Origin: an uncultured Thioalkalispiraceae bacterium
Lineage (GTDB): Bacteria > Pseudomonadota > Gammaproteobacteria > UBA6429 > Thiohalophilaceae
Direction of reading: 5' to 3'
DNA length: 64,000 nucleotides
Assembly: GCA_964654445.1 (NCBI GenBank)
Contig: CAZZIS010000004.1
Location: 2,898 to 66,897 of the forward strand
Positions 8,924-15,960 of this stretch are shown one piece after another. Both the position numbers and the translations under genes were made by a program. Each line of letters begins with the position of its first letter. Position 1 is the first letter of the stretch. The notes below the pieces were generated by a model. It worked only from the letters and a program-made list of their open reading frames with translations, was not told the origin of the DNA and did not search any database.

Positions 8924-10096
8924 TCAAAGAAAAGAAAAATTAAATGGAAATGAAACTGTTAATTGAAAGTCAGGAGAATCAGAAGTCAAACCAATACTAA
9001 GGTCGACATCAACAGCAGAAGATTCACCTTTTGCTTTGGATAATCCTATCGCAAAGGTGGATGTTGTCATCTCTGTACCGCTAAGTTTTTGTCCATTAAT
9101 TTCTGTTTTATCAGTATAGAGAAATTGGAAGTTAAAACTTAGTGATGTATCAAAATTTAGCGCCAGTGCCATACCAAGGTTGAGACCACTACTAATACCT
9201 GGTTTAACATACCCTACTTGCTTCCCCATACCCTCTGTATAATTTACGGAAAAACTGCCAAAAAGAACAATTGGATCTGCACTCGTCATTGAGGTTAGAG
9301 ATAAGCTATAGGTATTAAAACCACTTCCCAAAGCGAGTTCATTAGAACTTAACAGTCGATAAGGATCTTTTCCTGTTGCCGTTTTCCAGTTAAGCGCTAT
9401 TACTGAATCCGGCCAATCGCTGTGTGATTTAATGAGTTGATAACTTAGACCAAGAGAAATATCGCCAAGTCCAGATATTTTTTTTTCTTCATGCTTTCCA
9501 TCACCTCTGAATGATTCTTCTTTCTCATAACCCAAGGGAATAACAACATCCATTTGCATATCCTGGCCAAGTCCTAGCCTAAAAGAATGGTTATTTGTGA
9601 TAATATCACGACTTACTTTTTCTGAGACAATGTCTCCGACAACCAGAACTGGAAAAATTGTAAAACCATCAACCACAATATTGTCATAAGAGGAATGAGC
9701 ATATGACAAACTTGGTTCATAAATAAACTGGTATTTACCCAGCAGCATCCCCCCTTCTTTACTCAACCTTTGTTCAAAAGCAGTTTTAATCAGTTTAGAG
9801 TTTTCCTCACTTTCCTTCTCCAGCTTGGCCTTAACTTCCGGATCCACCTGTGGGTTGGTATGATCATTCTCATCTTTGATGATAACGGCTTTGTCACTAA
9901 CTGAATCCTCAAGGTGTTCTATACGCTGTATAAGATTCTTAATAACTTTCTCATATACCATGTTGCTTTGTTTAAGCTGAAGGATTTTCTGGTTTATCTC
10001 ACCACTTTGTGAAGTTATGCTGGCATAGTCATCAGCCACGCCTATGTGACTAATTAACAGCAGAGCAATAACAATTATAAAACGACTAAATTTCAT
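8924..10096 (-). CDS. outer-membrane beta-barrel protein with N-terminal coiled coil (FapF-like architecture); putative secretion pore of the cluster
   Basis: 390 aa. Signal peptide MKFSRFIIVIALLLISHIGVA. A heptad-like helix at about aa 30-70 (GEINQKILQLKQSNMVYEKVIKNLIQRIEHLEDSV), then a charged linker. The remaining roughly 280 aa have an alternating hydrophobic/polar beta-strand pattern ending ...TVSFPFNFSFL. The start codon is 1 nt after the peptidase stop. Confidence 0.7.
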   Translation of the reverse strand: MKFSRFIIVIALLLISHIGVADDYASITSQSGEINQKILQLKQSNMVYEKVIKNLIQRIEHLEDSVSDKAVIIKDENDHTNPQVDPEVKAKLEKESEENSKLIKTAFEQRLSKEGGMLLGKYQFIYEPSLSYAHSSYDNIVVDGFTIFPVLVVGDIVSEKVSRDIITNNHSFRLGLGQDMQMDVVIPLGYEKEESFRGDGKHEEKKISGLGDISLGLSYQLIKSHSDWPDSVIALNWKTATGKDPYRLLSSNELALGSGFNTYSLSLTSMTSADPIVLFGSFSVNYTEGMGKQVGYVKPGISSGLNLGMALALNFDTSLSFNFQFLYTDKTEINGQKLSGTEMTTSTFAIGLSKAKGESSAVDVDLSIGLTSDSPDFQLTVSFPFNFSFL

Positions 10097-10097
10097 A

Positions 10098-10844
10098 TTA
10101 AGGAGAATGTACCACCATTCGTCTAGTTAAAGGCACAGTAGGGATACGACTAAGAAGACGATATGCATAATGAGGATTTGGAATCGCAGCCTCCATAGTC
10201 TGTGGCGAAAGAATGCTTTTAGATGGTTTTTTTTTCTGTTTAGCCAATAGCTGTTTTTCTTCTGTGGTTACAACATAGAAAGCTATTTTACTTTTCCACA
10301 TTCTCATAAACCGATCTGCAGGCAAAGAAAGATTCCCAAATGCTGGATCACCAACGAGGATATGATTTCCAACACGTTTTTTAAATATAACAAAGTGATC
10401 TAGCTCTTTAATTCGTATCGGGAGTATTGCAGGTATAGAAAACGTTTCCAGATCATCAATCGTCATATCACCATAACCGAGACCTTGTAGACCAACAGCC
10501 CTGACAAAACGCTTAAGATCATATAATGAAAATCCACCTCGCTTCTTAACAACAACTGGGTCACTATTTTTTAAGATACTTAAAGTTATAGCCATTTCAG
10601 AATATGGTCGACCATTATGATAGGTTAAAATTGTTGAAAGAGCGGCAGCACCGCAACTGATGTCCCACCCTTGTCTTGTTAATTTATCCCAACGAAGTTC
10701 ATATAAGCTCTTAACATTACTTTTATATCGCATATTTCCAAAGTTTATTCCAACCGGGCTGGCGTAAAGTTGAAAAGAAAATATATTGAAAAAAATAAAA
10801 AGTAATAATAAAATCATATAAAGACTTGAGTTTTTATATGTCAC
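10098..10844 (-). CDS. stand-alone peptidase C39-like (bacteriocin-processing-type papain-fold cysteine peptidase) with its own N-terminal signal/anchor
   Basis: 248 aa. Hydrophobic N-terminus (LYMILLLLFIFFNIFSFQLYASP). Gln58-x5-Cys64 sits in RQGWDISCGAAALSTIL, His150 in LDHFVIFKK and Asp166 in VGDPAFG. The His-to-Asp spacing is 16 residues. It is not fused to an ABC transporter. The start is GTG at 10844, with an alternative ATG at 10817. Confidence 0.85.
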   Translation of the reverse strand: MTYKNSSLYMILLLLFIFFNIFSFQLYASPVGINFGNMRYKSNVKSLYELRWDKLTRQGWDISCGAAALSTILTYHNGRPYSEMAITLSILKNSDPVVVKKRGGFSLYDLKRFVRAVGLQGLGYGDMTIDDLETFSIPAILPIRIKELDHFVIFKKRVGNHILVGDPAFGNLSLPADRFMRMWKSKIAFYVVTTEEKQLLAKQKKKPSKSILSPQTMEAAIPNPHYAYRLLSRIPTVPLTRRMVVHSP

Positions 10845-10854
10845 TATTCCTGTC

Positions 10855-11250
10855 TCACCTGGCTAAAAGAGTATTCAACTGATTTATATTGCCAATTGTA
10901 GAATTCACATTGATATTCAAGTTCAACAAAATCTGAATAGGAGAATTAACTGCATTGATGTTAATTAGTGAGCTTAAGTTTGATTGAGCATTATCCATCA
11001 AATGTAAACTTGATGTCTGGTTATAGAGTGACATAGGGACAACGATAACTTCTCCATCTACACTTCCCTTTCTTCCACTATAGCGAAAAGGAATACGGGT
11101 TAACGCTTCCATGCTTTCATGGTCTGAGTTAGTGTTACCTGCGGTGATTGCATTGAGTTGCTGGTCGCTTAACTCCTCAAAGCCCCTCACCCCGGCTGAA
11201 AAAAGAATTATTAGAAAAAAGGAAATAAGGACCGTGTATTTTGTATTCAT
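10855..11250 (-). CDS. small secreted paralog (X4) of the cluster cargo family: signal peptide, AG-type leader motif and a single C-terminal N-rich motif
   Basis: MNTKYTVLISFFLIILFSAGVRG / FEELSDQQLNAITAG|N ... LSSLININAVNSPIQILLNLNINVNSTIGNINQL. A GGTGG ribosome-binding site lies 5 nt upstream of the ATG at 11250; the track start at 11262 is less likely. Confidence 0.7.
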   Translation of the reverse strand: MNTKYTVLISFFLIILFSAGVRGFEELSDQQLNAITAGNTNSDHESMEALTRIPFRYSGRKGSVDGEVIVVPMSLYNQTSSLHLMDNAQSNLSSLININAVNSPIQILLNLNINVNSTIGNINQLNTLLAR

Positions 11251-11270
11251 AATAACCACCATAAAGCAGC

Positions 11271-12557
11271 CTAACGCTGCTGGATAAAACGATTATGTTG
11301 CTGCATTGACAACCGAGACACAGTAGATGTTCCTGTAATGACTGGCAGTCTGCTTAAGTTAAATGCATTAGCCGCAACTGATGCAACAGCATTTACCCCA
11401 TTGAAGACCCGCATGTTTTTTTGCGCGCTCTCGCTTAGTAATACAGTGCTACTGTTATTTACCGAAAGGCTTCCATCGCTTAGTGCGAGCAACTCTGCCT
11501 CTGCACCTGTCATCTGGCCACCTGTAAAAATAGAGTGTTCATACGATTCTATAAATGAATTCTCAGCGACGTCTACCGCTTTGTATTCTTCTACAAGCTT
11601 GTCATCCTGAACGACTGGTTCAATCTGTGTATCACCCGAACTTTCGGGTCTAATAAAAGTGGAATCCATAACCCTTAATTTCTTATCTACATCAAATCGA
11701 GCGATGGTTACATCCCAACACCAAATAAAAAAACATAATTCGACATTTGCTTCTGCATCGAGCCTGAAGCGTGCATCGTTGGCAACAATTAATCCACTGC
11801 CCTTAATATCAACGCCAGCACCGTAGTTAAGCTCATCAACCTGAAAATCTAATAAATTTAACCACCCTAATTGATTTTTAGTAATAATTTCCGGTGGTTT
11901 TTCCTTCAGCTGTTCTAGTGAAGTATAACGTTTGCCTACTGTCACAGAATTGACACGCGTATTGCTGCTCACGTATTCGTTGATACGTGCCTGGTCGACA
12001 TAAGAATAGGCAACGTAGTTGTAGTTATTAGAACCGGAGCTGCGTAACTCGCTCTTTTCATAACGATGGTTTGCAATGGATGTGGTCAGGTTACCTTTTG
12101 TACGGTGACGCTGGCTAAGGTCATTGATTTGGTTAATCTCAATTTCAGATGTTACATCATCTACAGTGATGGAGTCGCCGTTAAAGATATTGTTAGTTGA
12201 TACTATGTCACTTGACAGTACATTTTCAAGATTAAGTGCAATTGCATTCTGTTGTGTTGTTCCATAAAGCAGAAGTTTTCTTTTGCGCTCTACATCAATT
12301 TTACTTTGTAAAATAACAAAAAGTTCAGGGTTCAATTCCATACCGTCGATGCTTTGTGGTTGTCGAAGTTTGGTATAACCGGAGTTCTTTTCTGGCTGTT
12401 GCTGCTCTTGAGGCAGGCTCTGGCCTTGAAGCTGTGGGTCGATTCCTCCTCCGCTAACACCGGCAAGTTCAGTATCAGAGAGTGTGGTTGCGGCAAATGA
12501 ACTCCCTGAAAATAAAAGTCCAAAGGTAACAAATAATGTAATGATAAAATATTTCAT
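11271..12557 (-). CDS. secreted cargo-family protein X3 (divergent paralog) with a perfect double-glycine leader motif after the signal peptide
   Basis: 428 aa. Signal peptide MKYFIITLFVTFGLLFSGSSFA, then ATTLSDTELAGVSGG|G. The N-terminal block is NAIALNLENVLSSDIVSTNNIFNGD. The C-terminal block LLSESAQKNMRVFNGVNAVASVAANAFNLSR is alignable with X1 and X2. Confidence 0.75.
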   Translation of the reverse strand: MKYFIITLFVTFGLLFSGSSFAATTLSDTELAGVSGGGIDPQLQGQSLPQEQQQPEKNSGYTKLRQPQSIDGMELNPELFVILQSKIDVERKRKLLLYGTTQQNAIALNLENVLSSDIVSTNNIFNGDSITVDDVTSEIEINQINDLSQRHRTKGNLTTSIANHRYEKSELRSSGSNNYNYVAYSYVDQARINEYVSSNTRVNSVTVGKRYTSLEQLKEKPPEIITKNQLGWLNLLDFQVDELNYGAGVDIKGSGLIVANDARFRLDAEANVELCFFIWCWDVTIARFDVDKKLRVMDSTFIRPESSGDTQIEPVVQDDKLVEEYKAVDVAENSFIESYEHSIFTGGQMTGAEAELLALSDGSLSVNNSSTVLLSESAQKNMRVFNGVNAVASVAANAFNLSRLPVITGTSTVSRLSMQQHNRFIQQR

Positions 12558-12615
12558 AATCCTTTACGCTTATAAATATATAATACCGAGTTGTGTGAAC
12601 CCCTGTTATAAAGTG

Positions 12616-13809
12616 TTAGTTGCCGTGATGCACTGTATTAAACTGGTTGAGTACTAATTTCGATCTGCTACCTTCAAAGCTTTTGGTACGAGTAATATTT
12701 GTGCCATTTGCCACGTTACTACCGATGGCATTAACGATATTCATTCCTTTTGCATCTTTTTGTGCTGAGTCTGAGAGTTCAAGCGTTACATCGGAGTTAA
12801 GGTCAAGAGTTGAGTCATCGATAACAATATATTCAGCTCTTGCATTTTTGAGTTCAAAGGGAGAACGGTAGATATTTGTTTGTACTTCTGAGTATGAGCT
12901 TTGTCCAGACTGATGATTTTCTATTATATCTAAAGTAGAGTTGTCTGTTTTAGTATTGGTTGTTTCGAAAAATACGCTATTTGCATTACACGAACCTATA
13001 GCTACTCCGCAACCAACGCCATTTATGATCAATCGCATATCTGGCAACTTCACCTGGGTAACTAGTACAAGACCCCCATCTGCTGTAAGGGGTTTACCAT
13101 CGCCGGCAGAGCTTATTTTTCCATCAAGTGCCACGGCAATATCAGCTGAGCCGCCTTCAAAGGTAATATCTGAGTAACCAGCTACAGCGGCACCCAGCCC
13201 GAGATGTCCTGAAAAGTCTATCTTATCGCCAAGTTTAAAGTTGAAATGTGTATTAACCCCGGCGTTGCTAAATGTAGTAGATTCATGAGTCTTTTCTAAG
13301 ATGTTTGTGACGCCATGATAGTCGATGATATTACTTGCGTAACTTACATTGCCGGAACGGTTCAGAGTCTCTGTATGGTCAGCTTCTGATCTTAGATAGC
13401 CAAAGATCATTGCAGTTCGAAGTTGTTCTTGAGTGATATTGTTTAACTGGTTAATCTTAACTTCGGAATTTGTATCACTGTTTTCTTTTGTTGCAGTAAC
13501 TCCGCTACCATCCCAAATATTAACAACATTGGCCACCGCGGACGCGGCACTATTTACAATGTTAAGCCCGGTTGTGTTTTGCTGAGCCTCTCCGTTTAGG
13601 TTGAGCTCTGATATACTGTTAGCGATAGCCTCTGAACTTTGTCCAACAACGACGCCGCCACCTTCGTTAGTATTACCGGCCGTTACCTGATCCATAACTC
13701 TATCTTCAAGTACAATAGGTGTGGAATATACAGCTTGGACCTGAAGCAATAAGCTACTCAAAAGTAGTATTGGTATACTTAATAATAATTTTTGATTCTT
13801 ATCTGACAT
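12616..13809 (-). CDS. secreted cargo-family protein X2 (paralog of X1)
   Basis: 397 aa. Signal peptide, then VLEDRVMDQVTAG|N. Shares with X1 the blocks GLNIVNSAASAVANVVNIWD, INQ..QEQ, GVGCGVAIGSC, YRSPFELKNARAEYIVIDDSTL and LELSDSAQKDAKGMNIVNAIGSNVANGTNITRT. Confidence 0.75.
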   Translation of the reverse strand: MSDKNQKLLLSIPILLLSSLLLQVQAVYSTPIVLEDRVMDQVTAGNTNEGGGVVVGQSSEAIANSISELNLNGEAQQNTTGLNIVNSAASAVANVVNIWDGSGVTATKENSDTNSEVKINQLNNITQEQLRTAMIFGYLRSEADHTETLNRSGNVSYASNIIDYHGVTNILEKTHESTTFSNAGVNTHFNFKLGDKIDFSGHLGLGAAVAGYSDITFEGGSADIAVALDGKISSAGDGKPLTADGGLVLVTQVKLPDMRLIINGVGCGVAIGSCNANSVFFETTNTKTDNSTLDIIENHQSGQSSYSEVQTNIYRSPFELKNARAEYIVIDDSTLDLNSDVTLELSDSAQKDAKGMNIVNAIGSNVANGTNITRTKSFEGSRSKLVLNQFNTVHHGN

Positions 13810-13894
13810 AACTGCTTTGCATCCCTATATATAGAGCCGATTAATAATTTAATCGGAAACTATTATAATGCTGCTAACGGTCGACTCTGCCAGT

Positions 13895-13921
13895 TTGCCT
13901 TGACCGTTACAGTCAAGGCAA
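13895..13921 (-). promoter_or_regulatory. intercistronic stem-loop after the first cargo gene (10-bp perfect stem TTGCCTTGAC / GTCAAGGCAA, 7-nt loop)
   Basis: Read directly from the sequence. A second 8-bp stem, CCGATTAA-TAAT-TTAATCGG, lies at 13837-13856. There is no clear U-tract, so it is more likely an attenuator or mRNA-stability element than a full terminator. Confidence 0.4.
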
Positions 13922-13937
13922 AAAGCAGATTACAGAT

Positions 13938-15188
13938 TTAACGGCTGTGACTAATTACATTGGACTGTTGCAGAGCCATTGCACCACCATTAGCTAGTCC
14001 ACTGGTGCGGGCAACGTTAACCCCGTTAGCCACTGCGCTTCCAGAAGCGTTGACTACATTCATAGCACTAACATTGCTTTGCGCACTACCTGAAAGTGTC
14101 AGATTGAATGAGGTAGTAACAGCAAGACTTGAGTCATCTACTACAATGTACTCGGCCTGTGCATTACTTAGTTCAAAGGGCGAGCGATATGTCTCAGTCA
14201 AATTGTCAGTAAACTCACTATCACCGATGCTGCTGACTTTCTCATTATCCATAATGGAATTGTCAGTGGTATTAGAAGTGGTCACAGTTGTTTTACCACC
14301 GGCACCACATGATCCCATTAAAACTCCACAACCTGCACCAGTTATATCGATCGTGATATCAGGTAGTATCAACCGACCGTATAGTGAGACATCATCACCG
14401 TTTACATCCATGCCACCGTAACTATCTTTGGTTTCAGTACCACCGCTTAGAATTGTAACTTCATCCTTATGAGCTATAACATTCCCACCAACAGCTAAAC
14501 CAAGATGTACTTCACCACCGTCGAGATCGAGACCTAATGTTCCAGCACCTGCGCCACCTTTACCAACGTTGGTATCAACACTTCCTCTGGGATCTGCTGT
14601 ACCACCAGAATTGAGATCTCCTTTAATAGTAGTATCAACCCAAGCTGTGCTCTCTGAAGTCTCCGAACCTGTAAGAGCCTGATAATCAATAATATTATTG
14701 TTACGATCCAGACTATCATTGTGAGTTTCGGAGCCAGTTCGTATCACTTCTATAAAAGTATCAGCCTCGGGTCGAGAATAGTTAGGCATGGATGCAGAGC
14801 GTCTCTGTTCCTGATTGATCATATTTGATTGATCGACCATCATCTCTCCACTATCTGCGTTTGCATCGTTTGCATTGACATCCCAGATGTTGACACCATT
14901 AGCAACGGTCGACTCGGCGCTATTGACAATGTTGAGCCCTTTAGCTCCACTTTGCACTTCACCGCTTAAATCAACACCGCCAGTTTGATTAATAGTTGCT
15001 TGAGAGCTGTTTCCGATAATGGCACCACCACTCCCTCCGGGACTCGTGTTTGCATCAGTACCAGCAGTGACTTGATTTAATGTCAAATCATCAAGCGTTA
15101 CAGGTTCTGAATAAGCATTAGGTAAATATAAGAGACAGAGTAATGGCAATCCAGCCGCCAGTCGAAAAGGTATGTTTTTGGTATACAT
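13938..15188 (-). CDS. secreted cargo-family protein X1 (first gene of the operon; candidate major subunit)
   Basis: 416 aa. A strong AAGGAGGG ribosome-binding site lies upstream. Signal peptide MYTKNIPFRLAAGLPLLCLLYLPNAYS, then EPVTLDDLTLNQVTAG|T. The N-terminal block is GLNIVNSAESTVANGVNIWD (14880-14963). There is a Cys pair in GAGCGVLMGSC. The C-terminal block is LTLSGSAQSNVSAMNVVNASGSAVANGVNVART (14013-14090). Composition is G/N/S/T/A-rich. Confidence 0.75.
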   Translation of the reverse strand: MYTKNIPFRLAAGLPLLCLLYLPNAYSEPVTLDDLTLNQVTAGTDANTSPGGSGGAIIGNSSQATINQTGGVDLSGEVQSGAKGLNIVNSAESTVANGVNIWDVNANDANADSGEMMVDQSNMINQEQRRSASMPNYSRPEADTFIEVIRTGSETHNDSLDRNNNIIDYQALTGSETSESTAWVDTTIKGDLNSGGTADPRGSVDTNVGKGGAGAGTLGLDLDGGEVHLGLAVGGNVIAHKDEVTILSGGTETKDSYGGMDVNGDDVSLYGRLILPDITIDITGAGCGVLMGSCGAGGKTTVTTSNTTDNSIMDNEKVSSIGDSEFTDNLTETYRSPFELSNAQAEYIVVDDSSLAVTTSFNLTLSGSAQSNVSAMNVVNASGSAVANGVNVARTSGLANGGAMALQQSNVISHSR

Positions 15189-15960
15189 GATGACTTCCCT
15201 CCTTGTGCATTAAGATTATTCTTTGTTCACTAATAAATAACCTACTCCTGTTAGTTGAAATTTACGTTGATCTGGATCATTTTCAATAATAATAGGAAGA
15301 ATAAATAAATTCAGATTTCTCTTATTTAATTCACTTATTTAATGTGTTACTAGTATTTCAAGCTTCTTTTATGTTTCATTAACAATTTATAATTCAACTT
15401 GAGATTTTTAATATGTATATTTTTTCTTTTCATGTTTTAAATTTATCTGATATTTAAAATATTAAATATTATTCTGTGACTATAAACAATAAAAACTACT
15501 ACTAAAGAAAACTCAATAATTTACTGCTAATAGTTGATACATAAAATGCCTAATAACAATACAGCCTGGATACCGTTAGTTGCTGCAATTATATTTAAGT
15601 TAATAATGGTTTAATATTGCGTTACTCATATTTATTAATATGTAATAAACGATTGGTACAACAAAACTCCAATTCACAAATCATACTAATGATAAATAAC
15701 TTATTCTAAATGTGTATTTAATGTATTGATAACTTTAATAAAAAAGATATTTATTATTAAAGTCATATACATAAGTAACCGATACTATTTGATAAATACT
15801 CTATAATGATAATAAGACATACCGCACACGTGCATTAATTTAAGGACAAAAACATGCGTGAGAAACAATATAATCTAGCCGTAATGATAAGGAACTATTC
15901 AATTATTCGAGTATCTAACCTTTACTCTTGCCTCAATTTAGTAATTCACAAGGATTAGTC
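15189..15960. promoter_or_regulatory. extremely AT-rich divergent control region of about 770 bp between the cargo operon (-) and fadE (+)
   Basis: No ORF of 60 aa or more in any frame. Long A/T runs are present (for example tttaaatttatctgatatttaaaatattaaatattatt). It must contain the promoters of both divergent operons, but I could not pinpoint -35/-10 boxes confidently. Confidence 0.4.

Noticed and set aside
13960-14421. 153-aa plus-strand ORF, and similar ORFs at 12647-12871, 12941-13177 and 11338-11610, lying antisense inside the cargo genes X1-X3.
   Set aside because: They lie wholly within longer minus-strand ORFs that have signal peptides, paralogy and ribosome-binding sites. Their S/P/A/L-rich translations are typical mirror-frame artefacts of G/N/S/T-rich coding DNA, and none has a ribosome-binding site.
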